Origin: an uncultured bacterium
Lineage (GTDB): Bacteria; Bacillota_I; Bacilli_A; RFN20; CAG-826
NCBI GenBank assembly: GCA_949299165.1
Contig: CASFZJ010000014.1
Location: 1 to 63,338, forward strand
Direction of reading: 5' to 3'
Length of the DNA stretch: 63,338 nt
Of this stretch, positions 29,739 through 39,913 are shown in pieces; within the stretch, counting starts at the first letter, position 1, and every line of letters starts with the position of its first letter. The notes under the pieces were generated by a model that saw only the letters and a program-made list of their open reading frames with translations, was not told the DNA's origin and searched no databases. Made by a program: the position numbers and the translations under genes.

Positions 29739-31676
29739 ATGGCCTATGGCTTATTATTTGACTATTTAACTGGTCAATGTATCGAAGCTTATAAATATTT
29801 CGGTGCACACTTTGAATCAAGAGAAGTAAAAGAAATAATTTCTATTCCGCTAAAAAAAGACCCTTCAAGAACTAAAAAAAGTTCAAGAAAAAAGTTAATT
29901 GAAGGCGTTGTATTTAGACTTTATGCTCCTTGTGCCACGGATGTTAGTGTAATTGGCGATTGGAACAATTGGGATCCTGGTATTCACAAGATGAATAAAG
30001 TCGATGAATCAGGCGTTTTTGAGATTTTTATTGAAGGTCTTCACAATTATTCTTTCTATAAATATCATTTCAAAAATGCTCGTGGAGAATATGTCGACAA
30101 AGCAGATCCATTTGCATTTTTAAGTGAATATCGTCCTGGCTCTTGCTCAAGACTATTCAATATCAATGGATTTATTTGGCATGATGCGCCATATCTTAAA
30201 CAACGTTCAAGAAATTTTGATGCGCCAATGAGCATTTATGAAATGCATCTTGGAAGTCGGAGAGGAAAAGTTGACGGCAGAAATCTCTCTTACGAAGAAA
30301 TTGCCGATTATCTCATTCCTTATTTAAAAGAAACTGGATTTACTCATATTGAAATTATGCCTATTACTCAATATCCATTCGATGGAAGTTGGGGATATCA
30401 AGCAACTGGTTTCTATAGTGTTGATTCACGTTATGGAAATCCGATGCAACTTATGAGTTTTGTTGATAGAATGCACCAAGCTGGAATTGGAGTTATCTTA
30501 GATTTTGCGCCGGTACATTTTGCTACAGATCCTTGGGCACTAAAAGATTTTGATGGAACACCAATGTATGAATATGGAAATGAACATATGTATTCACCTT
30601 GGGGAAGTTGTCAATTTGACTTAGGAAAAGATCCTGTTAGAAGTTTCCTTATGAGCGCCATGAGATATTTTGTTGATTATTTCCATTTTGATGGAATCAG
30701 AGTTGATGCTGTTAGCAACATCGTTTATTGGGATGGAAATAAAAACAATGGTGAAAACACAGGTGCCACCGAATTTATTAGAAGACTTAATGGAAAAATG
30801 CATTATGCTGATCAATCAGTTATGATGATTGCTGAAGATTCAACGGATTTCCCAGGAGTTACCAAACCACTTGAATATGGCGGACTCGGATTTGACTACA
30901 AATGGGATCTTGGTTGGATGAATGATACATTAAAATATTACGCATTAGATCCAATTTACAAAAAGTACGACCATAACAAACTCACATTCTCAATGGCTTA
31001 TTTCTTCAGTGAAAACTTCCTCTTACCATTATCACATGATGAAGTTGTTCATGGAAAAGGCACTATTTTGAACAAAATGTGGGGTGATTATGACCAAAAA
31101 TTTGCTTTAGTTAGAAATTTATATACTTATCAATTCGCTCATCCAGGTAAAAAACTCAATTTTATGGGTAATGAACTTGCAAGTTGGGATGAGTGGAACG
31201 AAACAAAGTCTTTACCTTGGGAACTTAAACGTTTCCCAAAACATGATAGTGTTTCACGTCTTGTGAGAGATTTAAATTTAATTTATCGCAAAGAAAGTGC
31301 AATGCATTATGAAGAATATAACCCAGTTCATTTTAATTGGTTAATGGTTGATAACAAAAACGATAGTGTCTTCGCTTTTGAAAGAAGAGTCGGAGATTCT
31401 CACCTCGTTTTCATCTTTAATATGACACCAAATTATTATGAAAGTTATGACATTGGAATCACAAGAGAAGGCACATATACTGAAATCTTTAATTCCGATA
31501 AAGATGTATATGGAGGTAGCAATGCCTATAATGGACTCGATGTCATGTCTTATTATTGGGGACCAGAAAACAAACCACACAAAATTAGCGTAAAAATCGC
31601 GCCATTTGCAGCAATGATTTTCAAATATGCTCATAAAAATGGTGAAGAAATAAAAGAAAAAAAGGAAGGTAAATAG
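29739..31676 (+). CDS. glgB: 1,4-alpha-glucan branching enzyme (GH13); contains CGG at a conserved Trp
   Basis: GSWGYQ, DGIRVDAV, IAEDST, LSHDEVVHGK, HPGKKLNFMG. Confidence 0.96.
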   Translation: MAYGLLFDYLTGQCIEAYKYFGAHFESREVKEIISIPLKKDPSRTKKSSRKKLIEGVVFRLYAPCATDVSVIGDWNNWDPGIHKMNKVDESGVFEIFIEGLHNYSFYKYHFKNARGEYVDKADPFAFLSEYRPGSCSRLFNINGFIWHDAPYLKQRSRNFDAPMSIYEMHLGSRRGKVDGRNLSYEEIADYLIPYLKETGFTHIEIMPITQYPFDGSWGYQATGFYSVDSRYGNPMQLMSFVDRMHQAGIGVILDFAPVHFATDPWALKDFDGTPMYEYGNEHMYSPWGSCQFDLGKDPVRSFLMSAMRYFVDYFHFDGIRVDAVSNIVYWDGNKNNGENTGATEFIRRLNGKMHYADQSVMMIAEDSTDFPGVTKPLEYGGLGFDYKWDLGWMNDTLKYYALDPIYKKYDHNKLTFSMAYFFSENFLLPLSHDEVVHGKGTILNKMWGDYDQKFALVRNLYTYQFAHPGKKLNFMGNELASWDEWNETKSLPWELKRFPKHDSVSRLVRDLNLIYRKESAMHYEEYNPVHFNWLMVDNKNDSVFAFERRVGDSHLVFIFNMTPNYYESYDIGITREGTYTEIFNSDKDVYGGSNAYNGLDVMSYYWGPENKPHKISVKIAPFAAMIFKYAHKNGEEIKEKKEGK

Positions 31677-34094
31677 ATGATTTTTTCAAATAAAGACGAG
31701 TTTGCAAAAGAATTTAAATCAAGAATGTCTGCAAAATATGGACGTTCTCCATCTGATGCACACGTGCTCGAAAAATATGATATTCTTGGTGAAATGGTTA
31801 GAGATTATGCCGGCTACAACTGGCGTAAAACCCACGAATATTTAAATAACACACACTCAAAACAATTGATTTATTTCTCAATGGAATTTTTAATTGGTCG
31901 TTTACTTACAAATAACATGATGAACCTTGGAATTTATGATATTTGTAAAGATGGCTTAAGTGAACTTGGAATTGATATTGGTGAACTTGAAGATATGGAA
32001 GCTGATGCTGGACTTGGAAATGGAGGTCTTGGTAGACTTGCAGCTTGTTTCTTAGATTCGATCGCTTCACTTGGATATCCAGGAAATGGGAACTGCATTA
32101 GATATGAATATGGTTTTTTCAAGCAAAAAATTGTTGATGAAAAACAAATAGAATTACCAGATCAATGGCTACAAAATGGTTATGTTTGGGAAGTTAGAAA
32201 ACCAAAACATTCAGTTGAAGTTAGCTTTTATGGAAATGCTGAAACTTTCTTAAAACCAAATGGCGATTATGGAATTAGAACAGTAAATTCGACAAAAATC
32301 ACAGCGTGCCCATATGATGTTTCAGTAGTTGGTTATAAAAATGGAGTTGCAAACAATTTAAGACTTTGGAAAGCTCAACCAAGTGAACAAAATTTCCCAT
32401 ATAACATTTCTTTTGATGAATATTTAAATCAAATTAATGAACTTTGTCATGGACTTTATCCAGATGATACTACAGAACATGGCAAACTCCTTAGACTTAG
32501 ACAACAATATTTCTTCGTTAGTGCAGGACTTCAAAGTGCCATTAGAGGATTTATTCGTTTAGGTGGAGATTTACATAAATTCTACGAAAGTTATGTTTTC
32601 CAACTCAACGATACACATCCAATTTTAGCTATTCCTGAACTCATGAGATTACTCATGGATGAACATGGATTTGGATGGGATGAAGCTTGGGAACAAGTTA
32701 CAAAATGTATTGCTTACACAAACCACACAGTCATGCCAGAAGCTCTCGAAAAATGGCCAATTCAATATATTCAACAATTAATGCCACGTTGTTACATGAT
32801 TATTGAAGAAATCAATCGTCGTACACTTATTTGGATGAATCAAAATGGAGTAAGTGAAGGTGAAATGAACAACATGCAAATAATTAAAGATGGCATGGTA
32901 AGAATGACAAATCTTGCGATTTTCACATGTTACAGTGTAAACGGGGTTGCTGCTCTTCATACAAATATTTTAAAGAAAGAAACATTTAAAGATTTCTATA
33001 AATATTTCCCAGAAAAATTTAATAACAAAACAAATGGTGTCACTCATAGAAGATGGCTCATGTACTCTAATCCAGAACTCGCTAAATTAATTTCATCAAA
33101 AATTGGTGGTTCTTGGATTACAAATCCTGATGATTTAGAAAAATTACTCAAATATCAAGATGATAGAGAAACACTTGAAGCTTTAAGAAAAGTTAAGCAC
33201 AACAACAAGATTAAACTTGCTAACTTTATTGAGAAAAATTATGGAATTAAAATTGATACTCACTCAATAATCGATACTCAAATTAAGAGACTTCATGCTT
33301 ATAAGAGACAACTTTTAAATGTTTTCAGAATAATGCATTATTATTTTGAATTTAAAACAAATCCAGATTTTAAAATGGTGCCACATACGTTCATTTTTGG
33401 TGCCAAAGCTGCCCCAAGTTATGTTTTCGCAAAAGAAATCATTACACTTATTAATTCAGTAGCTAATGTTATCAATAATGATCCAAATGTTAACAAATTT
33501 ATGAAAGTTGTTTTCATGGAAAACTATGGTGTTTCACTTGCTGAACTCATTATTCCTGCAACTGACATTTCTGAACAAATTTCAACTGCTGGTAAAGAAG
33601 CTAGTGGTACAAGTAACATGAAATTTATGATGAATGGTGGATTAACTCTTGGAACTCTAGATGGAGCTAACGTTGAAATTAACGAAAGAGTCGGAGATGA
33701 TAATAGCTTTATCTTTGGTTTAAAAGTCGCCGATATCGAACAAATCAAGAAGAGTGGAATGTACAATCCTTGGGATATGTACAATAGAGATCCAAACATC
33801 AGAAGAATTTTAGATAGTTTATTTAATGGTCCATGGTGTGAAGGAATTCATGATAGATTTAGAGGAATCTTTGATGAAATTATGAATCATGGTGATGAAT
33901 ATTTTATCCTTATGGATTTCCAAGCTTATCTTGACGAATCTAAAAAAATTGAAAACTATTATAAAAATAGACAATCTTGGACTAAGAGCTGCTTAATCAA
34001 TATTGCAAAGAGTGGTTACTTCTCAAGCGATAGAACAATTGAGCAATATAATAAAGATATTTGGCACCTCAAGAAAATTAAATTTGATAAATAG
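31677..34094 (+). CDS. glgP: Glycogen/maltodextrin phosphorylase (GT35)
   Basis: GLGNGGLGRLAAC, QLNDTHP, KRLHAYKRQ, EASGTSNMK. Confidence 0.97.
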   Translation: MIFSNKDEFAKEFKSRMSAKYGRSPSDAHVLEKYDILGEMVRDYAGYNWRKTHEYLNNTHSKQLIYFSMEFLIGRLLTNNMMNLGIYDICKDGLSELGIDIGELEDMEADAGLGNGGLGRLAACFLDSIASLGYPGNGNCIRYEYGFFKQKIVDEKQIELPDQWLQNGYVWEVRKPKHSVEVSFYGNAETFLKPNGDYGIRTVNSTKITACPYDVSVVGYKNGVANNLRLWKAQPSEQNFPYNISFDEYLNQINELCHGLYPDDTTEHGKLLRLRQQYFFVSAGLQSAIRGFIRLGGDLHKFYESYVFQLNDTHPILAIPELMRLLMDEHGFGWDEAWEQVTKCIAYTNHTVMPEALEKWPIQYIQQLMPRCYMIIEEINRRTLIWMNQNGVSEGEMNNMQIIKDGMVRMTNLAIFTCYSVNGVAALHTNILKKETFKDFYKYFPEKFNNKTNGVTHRRWLMYSNPELAKLISSKIGGSWITNPDDLEKLLKYQDDRETLEALRKVKHNNKIKLANFIEKNYGIKIDTHSIIDTQIKRLHAYKRQLLNVFRIMHYYFEFKTNPDFKMVPHTFIFGAKAAPSYVFAKEIITLINSVANVINNDPNVNKFMKVVFMENYGVSLAELIIPATDISEQISTAGKEASGTSNMKFMMNGGLTLGTLDGANVEINERVGDDNSFIFGLKVADIEQIKKSGMYNPWDMYNRDPNIRRILDSLFNGPWCEGIHDRFRGIFDEIMNHGDEYFILMDFQAYLDESKKIENYYKNRQSWTKSCLINIAKSGYFSSDRTIEQYNKDIWHLKKIKFDK

Positions 34095-34102
34095 TACTAA
34101 TT

Positions 34103-34129
34103 AAGAGCCGGAAGTTCTGGCTCTTTTTT
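34103..34129 (+). terminator. Terminator after glgP
   Basis: AAGAGCCGGA-AGT-TCTGGCTCTT followed by T-run. Confidence 0.75.
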
Positions 34130-34343
34130 GATAAGATACTAGAAAAAAGCATAAAAAGTCCATGAATTTTATCAAAAAGGCTGGAAATTTTATTCTTTTT
34201 CCAGAACTTTTTAAAAAAACATAGTAAATAATGAAAATTGTCTAATAAAAAATAATAAAAATGGAGAAATTTTAGCAAATATACACGTTTTTCTATAAGT
34301 ATAAAAATCCTAGAATGCTATAATTAAGGCGGAGGTTATCATT

Positions 34344-34952
34344 ATGTTTGATAGACTTATAATTTTAAGTGGATTAGAAATTGGCGCAATTATTGGCATT
34401 GTAGTTGTAGCAGTTGTTGTTCTTTTGGTAGTGATTATTCTTTCTTGGTGGATTGTAACAATGAATTGGTTTAGGAAGAATGAAGTTAAAGTTAAAGAAG
34501 CAAGTAGTGGGATTGATGTTGCTTTAACTAAAAGATACGATTTATTAACAAAATCATTAGCAACCGTTAAAGGATATACCAAACACGAAACTGAAACTTT
34601 AGAGAAAATTGTTTCTTTAAGAAAATCTAATATGAATGATTTAACAATTGATGAGAAAAATAAATTAAATGAAGAGTTAGATACGCTCGAAAAAAATTTA
34701 AATCTTGTTGTCGAAAATTATCCAGATTTAAAAGCCGATTCACAATTTTTAACTCTACAAAATCAAATAAGTGAAGCTGAAGATCAACTTCAAGCTGCAC
34801 GTAGAATCTATAATTCTAATGTTTCTATATTTAATCAAAAAAGAGTTTCTTTTCCTACTTCAATAGTAGCTAACGCAATTGGTTATAAAAAAGATTTAGA
34901 ATTTTTTATCGCAAGTGAAAATAAAAAAGAAGATGTAGAAATCACCTTCTAA
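34344..34952 (+). CDS. lemA: LemA family protein
   Basis: N-terminal TM, IDVALTKRYDL, ENYPDLKA, RRIYN..V, FPT.IVA. Confidence 0.93.
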   Translation: MFDRLIILSGLEIGAIIGIVVVAVVVLLVVIILSWWIVTMNWFRKNEVKVKEASSGIDVALTKRYDLLTKSLATVKGYTKHETETLEKIVSLRKSNMNDLTIDEKNKLNEELDTLEKNLNLVVENYPDLKADSQFLTLQNQISEAEDQLQAARRIYNSNVSIFNQKRVSFPTSIVANAIGYKKDLEFFIASENKKEDVEITF

Positions 34953-34995
34953 TTTTAAAAAAACCTTGCAAATCCAAACTATTTTTTCAGAATAA

Positions 34996-35499
34996 TTAAG
35001 ATTTTAATCTCTTTTTAATAAAGTTTTCAATTTCAGAAACGTCCATTTTTAAAGAAATCGCCATCTCTTGAAATATATTATTTTTAATTTCTCTTAAGAA
35101 ATTTTCGTCGGTAAAAGATAAAACTTTATTGTTATTTTCTAATTCAATTTTTTTAGACTCAATAGATTTTATTAATTTAAAAACATCTGTCGGCCCACCT
35201 TTATCGTAAAGTTCACGGAATTTTGCTTTCCTAATTTTAGGATTTGCTATCCAAATTTCTTCAATTGATGGAATTGAATCTATTAATTTTAAAATTTCTC
35301 TTTTAGTTAAAATTGCTCGAATAATGCCAACTCGATCAGCAGGAATAAAATATTTAGTTACTTGATTGTCTAAAGAAGAATATGGGACAAGCACGTAATA
35401 ATCGTTTTTCCCCATACCAACATCATAATCAAAAAGTATGTCAATTATCTTGCATACCTGTCCTTTTTTATTGATAACTAAATCATCTTTATTGAACAT
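34996..35499 (-). CDS. CarD-like (CarD_CdnL_TRCF) transcription regulator
   Basis: MF.K.D.V....G.VC.I N-terminus, YYVL.P, C-terminal helical region. Confidence 0.7.
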   Translation of the reverse strand: MFNKDDLVINKKGQVCKIIDILFDYDVGMGKNDYYVLVPYSSLDNQVTKYFIPADRVGIIRAILTKREILKLIDSIPSIEEIWIANPKIRKAKFRELYDKGGPTDVFKLIKSIESKKIELENNNKVLSFTDENFLREIKNNIFQEMAISLKMDVSEIENFIKKRLKS

Positions 35500-35653
35500 T
35501 TTAAATCTTCCAAAGTCATTATAGCATTTAAAAAAAATTAAAACTAGTTAAAAATTCCGATAATAGTCGTATTTTTTATAAGGAAATAGGTTGGAAATTT
35601 ATAGATATGGACACCTAGAATAAAAAAATTTCGAAAAATTTTTAAAAATAATA

Positions 35654-35682
35654 TTGCATAAAATTTTTTTCCTTGATATAGT
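35654..35682 (+). promoter_or_regulatory. Promoter of tRNA-Asp/Phe
   Basis: TTGCAT-17 nt-TATAGT with extended TG. Confidence 0.65.
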
Positions 35683-35712
35683 TATTAAGCGCGTTCGAAA
35701 CGCACACAAAGC

Positions 35713-35788
35713 GGACCAGTGGTGTAGCGGTTAACATGCCACTCTGTCACAGTGGAGATCGCGAGTTCGATTCTCGTCTGGTCCGCCA
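35713..35788 (+). tRNA. tRNA-Asp(GTC)
   Basis: GGACCAG/CTGGTCC acceptor, loop CTGTCAC, G73, CCA. Confidence 0.97.
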
Positions 35789-35804
35789 ATTATATTGAAG
35801 AGCC

Positions 35805-35880
<76 letters not shown>

Positions 35881-35892
35881 GCTAAGTTTTAT

Positions 35893-35919
35893 AAAGATCC
35901 TATGTTGGGGTCTTTTTTT
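35893..35919 (+). terminator. Terminator after tRNA-Asp/Phe
   Basis: AAAGATCCT..GGGGTCTTT + T-run. Confidence 0.7.
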
Positions 35920-35976
35920 CTGCATTTATTTTGCTTTTTATTTTTATTTAATTTAATCTTTTAACGAGGTGGTTGA

Positions 35977-36879
35977 ATGAAAGATTTGATTATTATTGGA
36001 GCCGGACCTGCCGGGGTATGTGCGGCAATTTACGCTAAAAGAAGCAATTTAGATTTTTTACTTTTTGAAAAGAATTGTATTGGCGGCAATGTCGTTAATG
36101 CTTTCGAAATAGAAAATTATCCTGGTGTTGGAAAAATTGTTGGTAGTGATTTAGCTATTAACTTCATGAATGAACTTGACGCTTTAAACATTGAAGTAAA
36201 TTATGAAGAAATTGTTAAAATTGAGAAAAAAGACTGCTATTTTGTTTTAACAAATGCGGATGGAGTTAATTTTGAAAGCAAAAAAGTTTTACTTGCTTTA
36301 GGTACTAAATCTAGAAGACTTGGTTTAGAAAACGAAGAAAGTTTAATTGGAAGAGGTGTTTCTTTCTGCGCTACTTGTGATGGAGCGTTTTATAAAGATA
36401 AAATAACCATGGTTGTAGGCGGAGGCAATAGTGCCTTAACAGAAGCTCAATATCTCGCTAAAATTGCAAAAAAAGTCTATATAATTACTAGACATGAGTT
36501 AAAAGGCGCTAAAAAAGAAATTGAAGCTTTAAATAACTATCCAAATATTAAAGTTATTGAATTTAAGCAAATTAGAACTCTTTTAACCGAAAATGACAAA
36601 TTAACTGGTGTTGTGCTTTTTGATACAAATACTAAAGAAGAGATGTCAATTGCTCTTGATGGAGTCTTTGTTTATATAGGGCAAGATACAATGAGTGGAT
36701 TAGTAAAAGATTTAAATGTAACTGACGAAAGAGGTTTTATCAAAACTAATTCAAGTTTTGAAACTGATTTTAACGGACTTTATGCAGTTGGTGATTGTAT
36801 TGTAAAAGAAGTAAGACAAGTTGCAAGTGCAGTAGGCGATGCTGCAACCGCAATGCATTTTATCGAAAAAAGTTTATAA
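35977..36879 (+). CDS. trxB: Thioredoxin reductase
   Basis: GAGPAG, ENYPG, GVSFCATCDG, GGGNSA, AVGD. Confidence 0.92.
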   Translation: MKDLIIIGAGPAGVCAAIYAKRSNLDFLLFEKNCIGGNVVNAFEIENYPGVGKIVGSDLAINFMNELDALNIEVNYEEIVKIEKKDCYFVLTNADGVNFESKKVLLALGTKSRRLGLENEESLIGRGVSFCATCDGAFYKDKITMVVGGGNSALTEAQYLAKIAKKVYIITRHELKGAKKEIEALNNYPNIKVIEFKQIRTLLTENDKLTGVVLFDTNTKEEMSIALDGVFVYIGQDTMSGLVKDLNVTDERGFIKTNSSFETDFNGLYAVGDCIVKEVRQVASAVGDAATAMHFIEKSL

Positions 36880-36919
36880 AAATATTTATTTAAATAAAAA
36901 TAGAAATTAAAATATCAAT

Positions 36920-37630
36920 GTGAAAAAGTTAGTTAAGTCATTAAATACTTTTATTTATGCAATAAGTTTTATTGTTTTAGTAATTTCTGTTCCGATTGCA
37001 ATTGTGCTTTTATGGAGAGGATTTTACTATTGGCACATTGATTTATTAGATATCACATCTTTAACCGGTTATACCAAAGATGAACTTATTATGTCTTTTA
37101 ATGAACTGATGGATTCTCTTATTTTCTATAAACCATTTGGCGAAGGCGTATTCCAATATTCTGAAAGTGGAATGAATCACTTTCTTGATTGTAGAGTGCT
37201 TTTTACAATCGACTTAATTGCAGCGCCAATTAGTTTAGTTATTTTTGCGCTTTATTCCATATTAATTAAATTTAACTTTATAAAAGTATATAAAGTTAAG
37301 AATTTTTCTATTTTATTTTTTGCTTCGTTTGTACCAATTATTGCATTTGGCGCACTTGCGATATTTGCTTTAATTGATGTTGATGCAGCTTATGCTTTTT
37401 TTCATGCAGTGCTATTCCCAGGGAAAGATAATTGGCTATTCAATGGTAATACAGATCCCATAATTTATGCTTTGCCAGAGCAATTCTTCCTTGATTGTGG
37501 AATTTTTATCTTTGGATTAATTTTAATAATTTTATTAGTTGTAATTATTTTTAATATTATAAGACAAGTTAAATATTCATCTGTGAGAGTTTATAGTAAA
37601 TATGATTTATTGAAAAGAGGAGTAAAATAA
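36920..37630 (+). CDS. TIGR01906/DUF1461-like integral membrane protein
   Basis: S.SG..HF.D...LF and FFH..LF....W.F....DP.I..LP..FF motifs; GTG start. Confidence 0.8.
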   Translation: MKKLVKSLNTFIYAISFIVLVISVPIAIVLLWRGFYYWHIDLLDITSLTGYTKDELIMSFNELMDSLIFYKPFGEGVFQYSESGMNHFLDCRVLFTIDLIAAPISLVIFALYSILIKFNFIKVYKVKNFSILFFASFVPIIAFGALAIFALIDVDAAYAFFHAVLFPGKDNWLFNGNTDPIIYALPEQFFLDCGIFIFGLILIILLVVIIFNIIRQVKYSSVRVYSKYDLLKRGVK

Positions 37631-37631
37631 A

Positions 37632-37973
37632 ATGCCATTTATAAATTTAAAAACTAACGTAAATATTGATCTAAAACTTGAAAACTTACTTAAAACTTCA
37701 TTAGGCGAATTAATTAAAATCATTCCAGGAAAGAGCGAGAACTGGCTTATGATTGATTTTGAAGGAAGTAGAACTATGTATTTTAAAGGAAGTAATGATA
37801 GATGCGCGATGATTGAAGTTAAAATATATGGCGAGGCACCTGTAAGCGCTAAAGAAAAGTTTACCGAAGAAGTTACTACTTTAGTTTCAAAACAACTTTT
37901 AATCCCAAAAGATAGAATATATGTAAGTTATTTTGAAACATTTAGTTGGGGTTTTGCAGGGAATAATTTTTAA
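37632..37973 (+). CDS. MIF/phenylpyruvate tautomerase-like protein
   Basis: N-terminal MP, IPGKSENWLM, IP.DRIYV, WGF.G. Confidence 0.85.
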   Translation: MPFINLKTNVNIDLKLENLLKTSLGELIKIIPGKSENWLMIDFEGSRTMYFKGSNDRCAMIEVKIYGEAPVSAKEKFTEEVTTLVSKQLLIPKDRIYVSYFETFSWGFAGNNF

Positions 37974-38009
37974 TTACAAATAATAGCAAATTTGCTATTA
38001 TTTATACAT

Positions 38010-38083
38010 GCACGATTAGTTTAGTGGCAAAACGTTAGCTTCCCAAGCTGAATTCACGGGTTCGATTCCCGCATCGTGCTCCA
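38010..38083 (+). tRNA. tRNA-Gly(CCC)
   Basis: GCACGAT/ATCGTGC acceptor, loop TTCCCAA, U73, CCA; one A.C mismatch in T-stem. Confidence 0.93.
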
Positions 38084-38097
38084 GTTAATAACAAATT

Positions 38098-38119
38098 GTC
38101 CGGCACTGTCTGGACTTTT
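38098..38119 (+). terminator. Terminator after tRNA-Gly
   Basis: GTCCGG..CTGGAC + T5. Confidence 0.6.
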
Positions 38120-38212
38120 TATTTAAAGTAAAATTTGTTTCTTATATTCTTATTTTCTTGTTGATTTAGATTTTTAAATATTAGAGAATAGTTGCGTTTT
38201 GGGAGAGAGTTT

Positions 38213-39403
38213 ATGGCTATATTACTCTTAATTATTATCTATATTGTATTTATTTCACTTGGATTGCCTGATTCACTTGTTAGCGCCACTTGGCCAGCAG
38301 TTTCACAAAGTTTAGGTATTAGTGAAGATTTCCAAGGAATTTTAACTTTTACTATTTCTTTATGTACGATTATTTCATCATTTTTGACGCCTTTTTTAGT
38401 TAAACATTTAAAAGCTAAAGGTGTTATTATTCTTTCCATTTTATTTACTTGCGTTGGTTTGATTTGTATTTCTTATTCGCCAAATTTTGTTTGCCTTGTT
38501 TTAAGTGGAATTCCGCTTGGCTTAGGTGCAGGAGCAATTGACTCAGCTTTAAATAATTATGTTGCTTTAAATTATAAGGCGATTCATTTAAATTGGCTTC
38601 ACGCTTTTTGGGGAATAGGTGCTTCAATTTCTCCTCTTATTTGTGGTGCATTTTTAACTGATATTAATGGTTGGAGAAATGCTGCGCTATGTCTTGCAAT
38701 AATTCAATCTTTTATACGGTTACTTTGCGTCATTTCAATTAAAGTTTGGAACAAAGCCGAACTTCAATTTGAAAAGCGAGATGAAGGTGAAAAAGTAAGC
38801 GAATCTAAAGGATTTCTTAAAACTTTAAGAATTGCAGGAGTTGTGCCTGCTCTTATTGGCTTCTTTTGCTATATAGCAATTGAACAAACAACTGCACTTT
38901 GGTTTTCCTCAATGTGTGTTTTTGAACTAGGAGTTAACGAAGATCTTGCTGCAACTTGGACCTCATTATTTTACTTTGGCATAATGGGTGGAAGAATTTT
39001 ATCAGGTTTATTCTCGCTCAAAATTAATGACAAGAATTTAATTAGAATAGGACAAGGAGTAATTTTAGTTGGTGCAATCTTAATGTGTCTTACATTCAAT
39101 GTTTATATTTTACCTGTTGGACTTGTTATTATCGGACTTGGATGTGGGCCAGTTTATCCTTCGATAATTCACTCAACTCCAACAAGATTTGGCAAAACAA
39201 ATTCACAATCAGTTATTTCAATTCAAATGGGTTGCTCTTATATTGCAAACGTTACAATCGCTCCATTTTTCGGAATTATTGGTAAAAATACTACTTTTTT
39301 AATTCTTCCTTACGTAGTTTTAGGAATATTAATTATTTTCTTTTTAACTAACGAATTAGTTAATAGATTAGTTAAAAAGAACCAAGTTGAACAAAATGTA
39401 TAG
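38213..39403 (+). CDS. MFS transporter (start probably ATG 38213)
   Basis: About 12 TM; FISLGLPDS, GLGAGAIDSALNNYVA, NWLHAFWG.GA. Confidence 0.9.
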   Translation: MAILLLIIIYIVFISLGLPDSLVSATWPAVSQSLGISEDFQGILTFTISLCTIISSFLTPFLVKHLKAKGVIILSILFTCVGLICISYSPNFVCLVLSGIPLGLGAGAIDSALNNYVALNYKAIHLNWLHAFWGIGASISPLICGAFLTDINGWRNAALCLAIIQSFIRLLCVISIKVWNKAELQFEKRDEGEKVSESKGFLKTLRIAGVVPALIGFFCYIAIEQTTALWFSSMCVFELGVNEDLAATWTSLFYFGIMGGRILSGLFSLKINDKNLIRIGQGVILVGAILMCLTFNVYILPVGLVIIGLGCGPVYPSIIHSTPTRFGKTNSQSVISIQMGCSYIANVTIAPFFGIIGKNTTFLILPYVVLGILIIFFLTNELVNRLVKKNQVEQNV

Positions 39404-39449
39404 TTTGGTAAATCTTGCCAAACTTTTTTTATTGTTCTAATTTGTTGCT

Positions 39450-39664
39450 GAGAAAAATGATTTAACTAAAAAGTGAAGTACTTGTACTTCGCGAGTTCGA
39501 TTCTCTACCTTCTATGATCTTTTTTAAGATCTAGTGCTCGTGAGGAGCTTCCTGAATCATGGAACCCACTCCGACGAATCGTGTGGAAAACGTTCTCAAA
39601 CAGGCTTATGGCTTATATTCGGCTGCCGGTCAACCTACATTGATAGCGTCAAATCATTTTTCTC
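39450..39664 (-). ncRNA. Putative structured ncRNA, copy 1 (family not recognised)
   Basis: 17-bp closing stem (fully paired with one G.U on the minus strand), 100-bp core identical to copy 2, internal hairpins incl. CGA-UUCG-UCG. Confidence 0.6.
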
Positions 39665-39913
39665 TACATTTAATTTATCTAGTTATTTTTAGGTAAAGTA
39701 ATATGCTATCAAATATTGCTTTTATAGATAAAACTTGCAAATCTTCTTGTGTTCTCATAAGTAGCGCTAAGTCAAGATTAATCACCTCCTTTGTTAAAAA
39801 TTTAATAAGAAATTAAATATTGGGAAATTAAGAAATAAAGATTTATGAATTTTTGAAAGTTTCATAAAGCTAATGAACTCTAAATTTCTTAATTTGTAAA
39901 GTGTTTTGTTGCT

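Noticed and set aside
39675-39758. 27-aa minus-strand ORF (MRTQEDLQVLSIKAIFDSILLYLKITR) as a type I toxin
   Set aside because: SD is too far from this ATG, and copy 2 has no equivalent ORF (the shared box differs by a 1-nt indel)
39781-39792. ATCACCTCCTTT as 16S rRNA 3' end
   Set aside because: No other rRNA sequence nearby; better explained as a minus-strand SD
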